A program made the position numbers and the translations under genes. From Ptychomitrium polyphyllum (taxonomy: Eukaryota), in assembly GCA_973851085.1 (NCBI GenBank), contig OZ316775.1:2728001-2792000 (forward strand): DNA of 64,000 nt. Direction: 5' to 3'. This document shows positions 38,301 to 51,477 of the stretch, one piece after another. The notes under the pieces are model-generated. The model made no database searches. It saw nothing but the letters and a program-made list of their open reading frames with translations, and was not told the DNA's origin. Every line of letters begins with the position of its first letter. Within the stretch, counting starts at the first letter, position 1.

Positions 38301-39804
38301 AAACCGACGACAATTAGGTGTAGTAAATTCTATTCATATGCTAAATCGTTTCATATAATAATCCTAAGAATCCTTGAGCCTCAGGAATGTTGAACATATT
38401 CTCTTACTCGCGTTTGAACTTTTTTTGGAGTTGCAGGGTCAACAATACTCATGCCAAGGCTCCGGCTGAGAATGCATATTAATCTGGAAGGCCAGCATGG
38501 TCGACTTCAATAACAACTGTGGTGGAATCTGCAAAGACAAAGTTAAAAGTTACTGCAATCACATTGACATCCTCTTAACCTCGTGAGACCGAGACCGAAA
38601 CCGAACAAATCAGATACCAGTAGTGTAACTTTGAAATCATGAACAGGAAACTCAATCAGAGAAACAAACCATCACCAATTCTCAGAAACTCTAAAGCACA
38701 AGCACAGTAAAACAACCCCAGGGAAATAAACACTTCAAGAAAGGACATAACTCACACTACGATATGCGAGAACCTTCGGCCTTACTTTTGACCTTAAGAA
38801 GCAGCTACGGTTAAAGAACAAAATTCGAGGTTGATAGAACTTTGGTCAAGAGTCGCAGCTTGAGCATGAAATACACAAAGAGAAGTGAGAAAGTTACCTG
38901 TCCAGATGCGGACCAAAGAATTCTCTTGAAAGAAGGAACCTAGGACAAGCTGCTTCCTCCACACTCTCGCCTCAAAACAACGGCTCCAGAAAACATGTGG
39001 TTGCTCCTCATAAGAACTTCCAAAACACAGAGATTGCGACCTATGCTTGTCCGTAAATGCCATCCCCCTTGGCCAACAAGCTCCCTCCATCTGTCGTCAA
39101 TCACAACACTATAATCTAAGTCCTCCGCTCCTTCCTCTACATCCTCAGTGGTCAACAATCTCGAAAGTTTTTTCCACACTCCCGCTACAAAACACCGGAT
39201 CCAGCTGCATACTTCCAAGAAACTGCGCCGCAGCTCTTCACACGAGCTTCGCAAACACAGACCGCCACCCACGGTTTTCCACAAATCTGGTTCCCGTCCG
39301 CTGACAAAATCCCTCCCTCAGCATAGATATATGATCGCTTCTGAATATTTCGTAAGTTCCGTTAAGACCAATCGTTCCCGCGAGTTTTCCACTAGAAGTC
39401 CGGGGCGCTGTCTTTTCCTTATATTGTGGTGGTATTTAGAAAATACCTGGCATCGTCTCGGGCGAGCGTTTTGAGAAACCAACGAAGTTTAGCTATGATA
39501 CCCGTATAATACTCGTATTATAACGTGATGATACTTTACGTATAGCTGGTGTCTACCCGGGCGGGTGTATGAAGAAGTTCACAAAGTTGAGGCTTGTGCT
39601 TCTGGAATCGCCCTTGTTTTGTTACTTTGTGCTAGTGATGGCGCGAGGCTTCCCTTCAACGCTTCGCTTGTTCGTGTTCCTCTTCCCTTTCATCGCTATC
39701 TTTCTCGTCTCTGCTCGCCATGGATACAGCTGGAGAAGGAATTAGGTTTTCCTGAGGGGACGAGGCTTTCTTGGCTAATTTTTCTTGTGCTTTTTTCGTT
39801 TGCG

Positions 39805-42800
39805 ATGCCTGCCTTGGATATGAATATGGATGCGTCCACCATTCCTCGTCTTCACGCGCCCTATCTTTCTCAGGTGACTACTTCGAGCTCACTCTTCTTC
39901 GGAACCGTCAACCAGTGCATCTGCCAATTCGTCTAACATTTGTGTCTCGTTTTCAGGATCACAAGTACGGATTGAGTATGCAGCGCTACAAAGGCCAGCA
40001 GTACAGTCAGCTGTATTTTATCCGCATTGTTACCGTTCGCCAGTATCTCACTGCCGGTGTGCAGCAACGCTGGCCTTCTCTTCCAGGTTTCCAATTTCGT
40101 TCCCATTATACTTAACGAATCTTTTAAGTTTTTTAAGCCTTTGAAATGAAATGTTGTCAACTGGAAGAAGTTTCTCGCATTTTTGAATCTGTATGTTGTC
40201 TGCAGTGTGCAACATCTTAGCGTTAGAGGAAGGTAAGTCATGCGTGGTTGTGGGGACGCTTTACAAGCAAATGCAGCTAAAACCTTCTGTTCTCGATGAG
40301 TATTCCAAGGAGGTAAGGGACCTTAGTAAATTTATTCTCTCAGCATGTTTTTGTTTTGATAGTTAGGTGGTTGGGTCATATGACGATATGCACCGAACGA
40401 GATAGATAGAGAGAGAGGGCTACTAGTTTGCTCTGCTCGATGTGTATTACTCTGTTAAATTCGCCTATGGTGATGCAGAGATCTGTGGTGCCTTTAGCAG
40501 CTCCGAGCAAGTTCACTCACAATGATGACTATTTAATTCTTGAAGATGAGAGTGGACGTGTGAAGTTGACTGGAGCTATTTTGCCCTCGATGTACGTTAC
40601 CGGTATGTATAGCAACCTTCATGTGTTTATGTTGTGTGGTAGAAACGTCTTCCACTGCAGACGTTTGATGAGTTGAAAAAAACTTTTATAAGCGGCTTTA
40701 GACTTCTAATTGCGGTGAAATTAATTTTTTACTCTTACTCCTCCAACAGGGGTTGTGGTGGCTGTTGTTGGACAAGAAGAGAAAGATGGAGAGTTCCTCG
40801 TGAAGGATGTTATGGTATCTGGGTTGCCACCTCAGAAGCCTTTGCCGTCTGCCTCGAATTCAGGTTGGTCGATTACCACATTCCACCACGGTGATTGCAA
40901 AATAAAAAAAATTCGCCTGTACCAATTGACTGTTTCCGTTCCGGAGATCCAACCCTCATGGCTTGTATAATCTTGGAGATCATAATGATATTTATCATAT
41001 GGTTGACTTCCCAAGCTAGCGTACATTGTGATCCCAGCAGCATGTCCGAAGGTTGCATCTGCTTTATCGAATAATGTGTATTATTATTTATAGTAGTTAT
41101 GTTCTTTGCTTTTAAGTCTGAGTAAGATGATAAATTTTGTGGGAATCCTGATGTATATAAGATTGACGGTGTTGTCAGACGAGGACAAATTCGTTTTGTT
41201 CGTATCTGGGCTGAAAATCGGCAGTCATGGAACAAATCCTCTAGATCTGCAGCTCCTTGTGGACCACTTGACTGGTCATCTCGGTGAAGAACAGGTTTTT
41301 TCCTGCCTGCATGCTGAATTTCTCACATACTAACGTTCTGACCTATCTCTTGCAGTTTCCAGGGTTTTCGTACGTTACTATAATTATTGTGATATGTTTT
41401 AAGTAACTTTTGTTAGAAATAGTGTCAAGAGCTTTAACACGCACAATAGTAGATGTCATTGTAACTGTTTATTATGAGATCGCGAATTACAATAGTTCTG
41501 TTATGCTCGGTAGTGCAAGACTCGTCAATATAGGGATGACTGGCATGACAACTGACATGACAACTGCCATTGCAGGAACAAAGTCTGAGTTCACAGATAG
41601 TACGAGTGGTCATTGCCGGTGGTTCTCTTGATTTGCAGACGAGTATGTCTAGTGGACAGGTGCACCTACATCTTCCCTGCTTGTTTTCTATTGTTTCAAT
41701 CCCCAATTAAATCTTCACATCTTGTTAGCTCATGACAATGTGTGTTTTGATTGCACTATCCTTCTGAATCTCTTTATTAAATTCAGGCATGGTCCATATC
41801 TTGTTTCTGCAGCTTCCCTCTTTTATCGTTTTTACTTTCATGCTTCACAGATATGGGTGATCAATGTTGTTACGTGCTGTTTTGCAGCCAATGTCAGCGA
41901 AGAATCAAAGCAAGCTTGTGGAACCAGTCAAGGAGCTTGATTTAGTCTTGACTCAGGTACCAGGGTCTCCGAATTGATCTTCATGAATCAGAATCCTTTC
42001 AGTTCAAATAGCTAATTCGTGAATATCCATTTTGTTTGTGGTGTCTATCATGAAGTGTTTTTATATATTCCAGTGTGTAACAACCCCAAGCATTCGTCAG
42101 CGTCACTGGGCAAGAACATGTGTATCGTAGACCAAGCTGAAAATCGCAGATAGGAAGACCAGTGCTGGTTGCGATACAGAATGTGTGTTGCATGAAGCTC
42201 CTACATACTCCACATTAATGCTCAAATGAGTAGCGTATCGTAGACATGAACTGAACAACTCGTTCAACGTCAATCATGAGTTCCTATTGAACTGATATAT
42301 CTTGTGTATGCTTCTGAAATGGCAGACAAAAGTGCCTATATGTTTTTATCATGTTCTTAAAATGGAATCCTTCTGAAGTAATGTACCCAGGGCTTGGGGG
42401 TTGTCATATTGTTGATTTACAACCAGTTCCATCTATTTTGTGTTGAACATATCTCTCACAGTCGACGTTGATACTGTGACATTAGATCGCAGCAGCTGTA
42501 CCAGTGGACATTATGCCGGGAGTAAATGACCCAGCCAACTTTTCTCTTCCTCAACAGGTACATTGTCTATCTGTATATCAGATGGTCTGTAGAGAATGTG
42601 GAGAGTAACAGTCTAAGTTTTACCTGAATCGATTTGCTAATTCACTGAACTTTGCTTAAATCATGATTTACTGATTTGCTTCTACTTTACTGTGTTTATG
42701 AATAATTTTATCTACAGCGATGTGTTCTGCGACAATTTCATACCTGCAGTTGCTCCAGTAATGCTTTGTGCTACAATTTTCGCACTTACACTCTCTCTTT

Positions 42801-44215
42801 GCTCTCCAGCCACTTCACAAGTGTCTGTTTCCAGGCGCGACCATGTACGATACCTTCGTTTCTGCTACAAACCCTCACCAATTTGAACTCGACGGTGCTG
42901 TGTGAGTTTCTACCAACTTTCGTGCTCCTAGTACATGGCTTCACTTGACCGGTATGTTGATCAGTCAGTGAGATGTTTTCAGTTTCTGCTATTTGTACCA
43001 GATTATGTATTAATTTAGTTTGTATTCTCATAGGCTCTGTGGTTCAGAATTATTTTAATCTTGTAGTTCTAAATTTTTAGGCTATAGATAATTTATATGT
43101 TCTTTCTGAAAGACAAATCTGTAGCTAAATATCATTTACAGCATAAAATTTATCTACCATGCAGCATTGCATACCACACAAGTCCTGTGTTTAGATTTTT
43201 CATTTGCACGTCAGACTTAGAGGTCGATTAGAGTTTCCTGAGAATCTATTAACCTTGCAGGGTGGATAGCTTTTCTTAGCAGATCTGGATTTCGTTTAGG
43301 CTTACTGACATTGAGAGATATTGGAGAGCAGGTTCTTAGGTACATCAGGGCAGAACATTGACGACTTGGACAAATACTCCGAGGCTGAAGATCGACTTGA
43401 TTTTATGGAACGCAATCTATTGTGGCGACATTTAGCACCTACAGCTCCTGATACTCTTGGTCTGTTTGCAACCTCCTGCTTTGACCCCTTGAAATTTAGT
43501 CAGTTGTAATACAATTTATTGAAATGTCACTTTTTTCTGCTACTCATTTTCCTGGTGCTGTATTTAAGTGTTCTGCGTGTTGAATGCGCGACCAGGATGT
43601 TATCCTTTTACAGATAGAGATCCATTTATCCTGGAGACTTGTCCCCATGTGTACTTTTGCGGCAATCAACCAGAGTACGCATCTCGACTGCTCACTGGTA
43701 ATTTTTCATGTCCCCATGTTAAACTTCCAATTGGTGCTGGCTGCTCCTTTTAATAGTGCCTCTCGCTTTACTGTTCTGAGAAGGTCATCAGGAACCCATT
43801 TATGTTACCAGTCTAAATTCTTGTTACTAAATTCTTATCAGTCCACAACAAGGAAACTAATGGCAGCGCGGGTTCAGGTTTTGAAAAGTTTATAAGGAAA
43901 TTACGCTGATGCTGATAATGAGTTGGTGTCTGTTGAGATTAGTTTTTTTTTATAGTTTAACCATTATTTGGTTTTGTTCTTTTCAGGTCCTTCCGGACAA
44001 AAAGTACGACTGATTTGCATCCCCAAATTTCACAAAACGAGCACGGCTGTACTTGTAAGCCCATGAATCTTGCGACTTGTAGCGTACTCAGATATCAGGT
44101 TCAAGTGCACAGAAATACAATTGTTACTGACATGTGCATGTGCACGACGCAGGTGAACACGAAGAATCTAGACTGCCACGTTCTGAAACTCTCGACAGAT
44201 TCTCTTATTTTGTAA
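39805..44215 (+). CDS. POLD2: DNA polymerase delta small (B) subunit; multi-exon span
   Basis: Exons encode [118 protein letters not shown] and [11 protein letters not shown]. The start could be ATG 39805, 39820 or 39826 (same frame). The stop is at 44213-44215. Confidence 0.95.
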
Positions 44216-44739
44216 CCATCCCAGGGCTGTTATCGTACACCAATTTTTCTTGTGGACTGTATCTACGGTTTACTGCAAGATGATGAACTCTGGAGTGGTC
44301 CTTACATGGAATGTTTCGTCACCAATACTTCACATACTTCTAAATTATCCATATTAAGCTCCTGGAGCAGGAAGAGACTAGTGAGGTTCATTCTGAATGA
44401 TTAGATCATGGAGGTTACCTAGATAGACATCTCCACTGAAGAACATGTAGCTCCTGAGGTCGGAAATTTCATGCCGTCTATTAGATCAAGCAAACTCATC
44501 TTGTTTTCGTTCGAGAATTGGTCATACTGTTGAAGCCGTATCCTAGAAACGCCGAGGGAATTTGTTGCGTTCCATTACTGAAAGAAAGTAAGAGAGCTTC
44601 ATACCCAGAATTCTAAAGCTTGTAGCTAAGTGTTCTTGAGTTGAGATAGTTTCAGTAATAAAGAATATCGAGTGAAGGGATCTGCTACTCTTATTTTTGC
44701 CACATCTGCAACTCTTCAAATTTCTTTGTGGTTTCTCTC

Positions 44740-46800
44740 AAGTTTTTTTGTACCCCCATTTTTGCTGTTGGGGCACAATTATGGAAGTATGTGTAAAGCA
44801 CAAAGTAAACAGAATGTGGGCAATAAAATACTTGAATTAACATAATAGTTGGAGAGGAAAGACATCATAGCATTCTACCTTCCAATTTAAGTTGGACTTA
44901 AATGGATTTTATCAAATGTTTAGAAAATGTTAAATGAGATGTGTAAAACTGTGTTGTAAAGTTGTTGTAGTAGATGATGTGGATCCAATTTGAGTTACAT
45001 AAGTCATTGGGAATTCATAATATTTTAATACTAAAAATTGGTTCTACAATTTGGATGGTGATACTTTGGAGTTGAAATCTTATTATCAAATCCATCCAAA
45101 TAAAACAACTTCCAATTAGAATTGTTTGAATTTATCTTACAAGCCTACCAATATATAACAAAAGAATTAAAGTATTATTTTGTCTAAATAATGGCCTTAC
45201 AAAATTGCAATGTTAAAAATGGCTCAAATTATACAAAGCAAAATAGTTTCCAAAACTTCTTTGCTTAATAATACTTGTCAAATCTTTACAATATCTTGGA
45301 TTGATGCATGGTTTTACAATAGTTGGTGAAGTTGATATAGAATATAATTCCATACTTTTCATTGAAATTAGACATTAAATGAAAGAAATACAAATTTTAA
45401 ATTATATTGTTAAAGCTTTAGAAGCTTTTATTGAATTATTTTACAAGCAACAATTTTTAAGCCAACTTCTTAAACCTTCCACATTTTTTTTAATTTTATA
45501 GCCAACATTTTACATCACAAACTTTGTTTGTAGCCTTCATAATAGTTTTAAATAAGTCTTCATATTATTATATAAATCAATAATTGGAAATTGTAACTAT
45601 GCATTCTTAGCAATGGTTTGAGGTTTTAATAATACATGTGTTGAAAATGTCAAAATTGTGTGCAATGCTTATAATTCAAACTAATATTATATACAATATT
45701 TTTGATTTTTTGAGATAAAATTTAGGCTACTAGTAGATGATGTAATATTAGGTTTGGATTTATGTCCTTTCATGTTCAAGCTTCTGCCAATTTATTATTT
45801 TTTTTCTTTTACTTTTCAAATAATTTATATTTAGTTTATACTAAAGATTTAGTATAGGACTAGCTTGATCTTTTATTTATTTCAACAAATAGAATTATTC
45901 AAAATTTCAAATGCAACACAAAAACTTTATACTAAGGCCATGCCAAAACTTCTCCACACCATCCCTAGAAGTATAAATTATCATACACTAAGATCATCTT
46001 CTATACAAAATTCATGTACAAGTTCATAGTTATGAAATAAACTACATAAAAAGCATAAAGCTCTTAGTTTGCTTAGACATTATCAAACAATGTTGTCAAT
46101 TTTTATTTACACATTTTTAAGTTGGATATTCATACTATTTCATCTTAGATATTATATATTTTTTTATTTTAATAGGAAATATTTGCAATCCATAGATAAA
46201 TCTTTGTGATTTGGCAAATTATTATAACTATGATGATTGATTGTCTTCATTGGAGGAAATGAATAAGTCCATTTTGGAAAAAAATATTACAAGAAAGAGG
46301 ATTTCATCAAAATGTCACATTGAGGATATTCAAGAGCATGGAAGTTAAATTTTATGGCAATTTAACTTTAAATACTAGAATTAATACAAATGTTCTAAAT
46401 AAAAAAACCGTTTAGAATCCAAAAATGTGTTGTAGCTTGTTTCTTCTCCAAACCATATGTTACAATTTTTCTTCATGACAATACTCTAAATCACCACTTA
46501 CCTTTTAACGTGCCATTGCTTGGATTGCTTAAAAATCATGCTTTGGATATCATGCATTGTTGTATTTTAAAACCTTGAATTGGTGGTTCAAAAAAAAGGT
46601 CTACAAAACATTTTTAAAAAATCTAGTATTGTAAGAACAACCATATTCTCAAGATCCAACTTTCAATTGGACTTAGAAGCTTCATATTACAAAGCCTAAT
46701 TGCTTACTCAACTACAAACCAAAGGCTTTTAGCTAATCTAATTCCAAAAAAGAAGCTCTATTATTATTCTATTCAATAGAGGTTCAAATAGTGACTCACC
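44740..46800. mobile_element. AT-rich decayed island, probably transposon-derived
   Basis: There is a sharp drop in GC and CpG content with no ORF of 60 aa or more over about 2 kb. It is bounded by a small hairpin-like motif on the left and a minisatellite on the right. No diagnostic transposase motif was recognised. Confidence 0.4.
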
Positions 46801-46828
46801 TTCAAAATGGGACTAATATCAATCATAG

Positions 46829-47111
46829 TATAAAAGTGGGACCAATCCAATATAAAAGTGGGACCAATCCAATATAAAAGTGAGACCAATCCCAATATAA
46901 AAGTGGGACCAATCCCAATATAAAAGTGAAACCAATCCCAATATAAAAGTGGGACCAATCCAATATAAAAGTGAGACCAATCCCAATATAAAAGTGGGAC
47001 CAATCCCAATATAAAAGTGAAACCAATCCCAATATAAAAGTGGGACCAATCCAATATAAAAGTGAAACCAATCCCAATATAAAAGTGGGACCAATCCCAA
47101 TATAAAAGTGG
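46829..47111. repeat. 22/23-bp minisatellite, about 12.5 copies, with a 91-bp higher-order repeat
   Basis: The unit is TATAAAAGTG(GG/AG/AA)ACCAATCC(C)AA. Units 2-5 (46851-46941) recur as units 6-9 (46942-47032). Confidence 0.98.
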
Positions 47112-47680
47112 TCACTTGGTATTTGAAAGTGGGGTGGTGTTGAAACTGGAGGTTTGGAAACTGGGTTGGACTCTGGATGGCGTAGTTGCAGTTTGTGCAG
47201 TAAAAGTGGAGGTTTTGGCTTCTGAAAGGGAAGCAAGCCATGTCCAAGTGCAAGGTGGCGAGGAGGGTGACGTTTGTGCAGGTCATGGAATTTGCAAGTA
47301 GCTTGTTGCGGTGAAGAGAATGACCTCGAGTTCTGCTGAAGCTGTGGCAGCTTGCATGCTCGGATGTTTGTGTGCAGGTGGATCGTGTTTAGGATCTCAC
47401 ATGTAGGCTGTGCATGCCGCGGGTTGAAGCTGACAAGCTGGTTGCCAACTACACGGTGTTGATGTGGGGCTGCAGCAAGTGGTGAGGAAGCCGCAGCAGT
47501 GGGGGATCCTTTGGCAGTGCGGCATGGAGAGATGCAGAATGCTTTGCGTGATCGGTCTAGCCTGAGGGGATGGACGCAGTTGAAGGCTGGAGTCAACGAA
47601 GTGGGGGCAAGACGAAGTAGGGGTTGCTTCACTGTCTGAACATCTCAGAAGATCAAGTGAAGGTTTAGTTGCCTGTGAGG

Positions 47681-50224
47681 ATGAACTACCTGGAGTTGAC
47701 GAGCCCTCGCTTCCTTGGCGATGGACCTGGAGGGAAGACGTTGGAGGGGCTCCGAGTGATGCAGTGGAATGTTCTTGCCGACGGGCTTGCGCAGTTTGGG
47801 GATTTTTGCAGAGTAATCATCCTATCTCCAAAAGCATGGCATGATACGTAGTGGAGTGAAGTGGTTATGTGGGAGACAATCTCTGGAACTTCATTTTTTG
47901 TTTGATGGATGTTGGCTTTGAAGTGCTTTTATGTTGTTGCACGATCTTGTTGTGTGGATGTGAGCTTAGAAATTTGGTGGTGGAGCGAAGGTGGAGAAGG
48001 AACATTTGGAGTGGAGCCATCGCGCACCTCTTTTGCTGGACCGGATTCTGAGATACGAGCCCCATGTCATATGCTTACAAGAGCTGAACCATTTTGGTAG
48101 TTGTTTTACAACCAGGCTCGATTTCATACCTTATCCTGTCATGATACTGGAGTGGTTTATAACAATGTTATTGCAAGTATGAGGATGTTTACAGTCAAGT
48201 GCAACAATCAAACCCTAAACCCTACAATCAACATGTCATTTTGGATCAGGTGAAATTGTTGTGTGAGAAATTAAAACTACCGCATATACATCTAACAATG
48301 AAATGTTTTGCAAGTTGTGATTGAAATTGACTTCACTGATATATGGCTTCTAAGAGCAGGGGACTGCTTCCTTCCGGAACTAAAACAGCATGGATATGAG
48401 GGAGAGTTTTGGCAAAAACCCTCCTCTGCCTCACAGGTGCAACTTCTATCCATGACTTAGTGCCTTGTGTTCTCTTCCTTCTGCTCTTACCCTTGTGGTT
48501 CCGGACATGGTCAAAATTGTTTTGGGTTGATGTAGGTCTATGCTTGCCTTGTTGTAGATGAAGACCAGGAGTTGCTGATTAGTCAATAAAAGGTTATGAT
48601 TCTAATGTAATCATTGGTGAGCTTTCTTATTCATTGAGAGGCATCTGTTTGTTGACACCTCGGTAGTTACAAAAATGCTCTGTGATTGATTGTCATTGTT
48701 TAGAGATACAAGTTCCCAATGGATGGTTGCGCCCTATTCTACAAAACATCTCGACTAGAGCTTTTAGGTATGCTTTTGGAGGATGCACTCAGGTGGTTTT
48801 TTTGACGATTTTTCTTTCGTTTGCTGAAGCTGTTGTCCTTTCATTTTGCACCTGACGACTAAATGAATGAGTTCAAGTGAGACTGGGAAGCTGATTTTCA
48901 CATTGATGTGGTTGGTGAATGGTGGGGAGAACAGAAAGTGATACGGTTCGGTACGAGGATTCCGAAGGATTCAAGTTGAACCAGGTCAAACTTAGCAACT
49001 TAGCGGCAAATATGCTGAACGTAATTAGACAGCTCAAGTAGAAATATTGAATTTACATTTCTCATTTTGGATATGAAGCAAGTCATGTGCTGGGTCCTTT
49101 TAGCAACGAATCAAATGTTTTTTCCTTGATGACCAAATGTTTTACTTAGTCTGCTCCAGATCTTAAGAATAAAGCGTTTAGTGAATATCTCTCACCCTCA
49201 TCTGCTTATTGAAATACAGGGAGGACAAATTTGTGGATTTAAAGATGTGGACGCAGAACAAGATTTTGTAGTAGTTAATACGCACCTTAAGGTACGATGG
49301 TTTAGTACTTCTTGGTATGCAATTCGGGATTTCTTGTTCGTGTGACTTTTTCTGGCACTTAACTTGGTTGTGAAGCAGGCCAAAGGAGGACCTGCCAATG
49401 ACAATCTTCGAGTTATACAAATACGGCAACTACTTCAAGTATGCAAGCTTCTTTCAGAATGCCCAATTCGGAAAGGTGGATTTGTATGCACCATAAGCAA
49501 TTTTTCTTGTTACTTCGCCATATACTGTTATATCAAAGGGGCCCCTTTGTTAGCGCTGATATTTCTTGTGCTTGTGAAACAGCGGATCAACACCACGACA
49601 AAAGGATTGTTTACTGCAACAATTATTTGTGGTGATCTAAACGCAGATCCCCTGTCAGAAATTTACAGTATTCTTCATGAGAAATTTATAAGTGTGTACA
49701 GCCTGACATGCCCATGTGAGCCTCTTCACTGCGCCAATGAACTCGAGGTGATGGAGTTTTGTGATGCTGTAATTGACGGGGGTGCACGAGCGGAACTATT
49801 ATTTACAACCTGGAAATTTCGGTATTTGTCTTTCGAACCTCGTTTTGAAATATATGTAGCACGTCAGAACTGTTCCTCGTATTCCTCAGGCTCCTGAAAA
49901 TATTCCACTAGCTAAGGTTCAATCATTGCTGTAGGGTTTTGAAGGCAGGATGTACTTTCTGAATGGGCATATACGGAACACCAATAGCAAAGTTGTTGTC
50001 TTTGTTTTCGCAGGTCCAAGGATGGTGAGAAGCAACGAACTATTGACTATATTTGGTACAACATTCAAAACAAATTGGTGCCACGTAGGCGGTGGCCTAC
50101 ACCAAGTCAGACCACCATTGGTGCAAACGCTCTTCCATCTGCTCTCTTTCCTTCTGATCATTTACCAATAATGTGCGAGTTTACGTGGAAAGATTCTGGG
50201 CCTGCTCAACCTAAAGAAGCGTAA
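47681..50224 (+). CDS. NOCT: Nocturnin-like EEP (CCR4-family) phosphatase; multi-exon span
   Basis: The spliced reading gives LRVMQWNVLADGL, LEWSHRAPLLLDRILRYEPHVICLQELNHF, GEFWQKPSS, PMDGCALFY, VNTHLKAK, IICGDLNADP, FTTWKFR, RTIDYIWY and IGANALPSALFPSDHLPIMCEF. All introns are GT-AG with consistent phases. The true start is uncertain (in-frame TAG or acceptor at 47666-47668). Confidence 0.85.
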
Positions 50225-51477
50225 ATTTCCAATTCTTTCCCCCCCTTGATGATGCTGCAGACGTAAGTCTTTTAGTGAGTCGTTGCTTTACCGGACATCA
50301 AAGTAGCTCGTCAGCTGTAAAGGAAGACGAAGCAATCAGAGAGCCTTCTCGTACTGTGAATCCTCCTGAGCATTGAAGAATGGCACCCAGAAATGGAGCT
50401 GTAACTTTATCCGGAAAAATATAAAATTCCAGTTCGAACGAAGATTCCTTGAATAACCGTACACACATTTGAACTGATACGTACAAGTGCGGAAAAGAGC
50501 TGGGCTGCTGGAGTGGAACGCTGAGAAGAGTGCGACAGGAGAAGTAGAACACCAACATCGGGGAACCGGGCGGGTGCAGTATTTCTAGGCCGAGAAGAAA
50601 GAAGTTAGCATCGGATAAGGAGAGGCTAGGAGCTTGTAAATTTAGGAACGCTGTTTGGAAATAGAGAAAGTGATGCGGCCTGTTGCAGTCCTGACGTTTG
50701 AAAGTGCCTGCTACTCCACCAGGATACAACTAACTCATTATTAACTCAATTATGTTTTTACAGTTGAGACAGAAAGTGTGGGTGACAAGGCTTGGTAGTG
50801 TGTCCCATTCCCTAGCTGCATAGCCACTCGTGTTCTTGCAGGAAAGGGCTCCTTCGGTTTGTTCTTGGACGAGATCCAAGAATAAGAAAGACATCTGGCT
50901 AGTTATAGATGAGCACTCAGATATCATGCTAAACGGGTAGATTACATCAACGAGCAAAAGCATAGACATCAACACATTGTTTGCACATTGTTATCCACCT
51001 CACTACAGAATTAGAGGTTCTGACCACGGAACATACTGAAGAGTTTCGTAATTTGGCAGAGAGGTGAAGTTAACATCACTTAACCTGACTTGGTGATATT
51101 GAAAGTAGTAGGCAAATATATGTTCAATTAGATTGTTCGTGGAAGAGACATGGCTAGAGATCTAGAGCTTCATTTAATACGATGTTGCTAGTTTCTTCAC
51201 AGGTATGAAGACAATTGCATGAAAAAAAGCAAAGTAATGTTTCAAGTGAATCCTAGAAATTGAACAAAGAAGATGAATACATTTAATGTTATGTAATTCA
51301 CGTTACCTTTATAATTGTGGCGATCAACCACCAGTTACAAAATCGTAGCATACAGACATATGTGAAGTGGACAACGACCTCATACAAGAGTACTACATAT
51401 AATGCTAGACAGTACCTCGAGTCTGCACAATTAAACCCTAAACCCATATAGGTCATAAAATTAATCTCATGGACTAA

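Noticed and set aside
39033..39101. Imperfect hairpin with a GACAGATGGAGGGAGC segment vaguely like miR156/miR319
   Set aside because: Pairing is too interrupted for a miRNA/miRNA* duplex, and there is no match to a mature miRNA I know.
39374..39382. E2F-like site GTTCCCGCG upstream of POLD2
   Set aside because: Plausible for a replication gene, but it deviates from WTTSSCSS and a single short motif is not enough evidence.
46773..47632. Repetitive hydrophobic ORFs (FYIGIGPTFILGLV...) up to 269 aa
   Set aside because: They are translations of the 22/23-bp minisatellite and the antisense of the Nocturnin-like 5' region, with no recognisable domain.
50298..50975. 143-aa and 81-aa minus-strand ORFs between the Nocturnin-like and PIP genes
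   Set aside because: No recognisable motifs; they lie in the convergent 3' region of the two genes.
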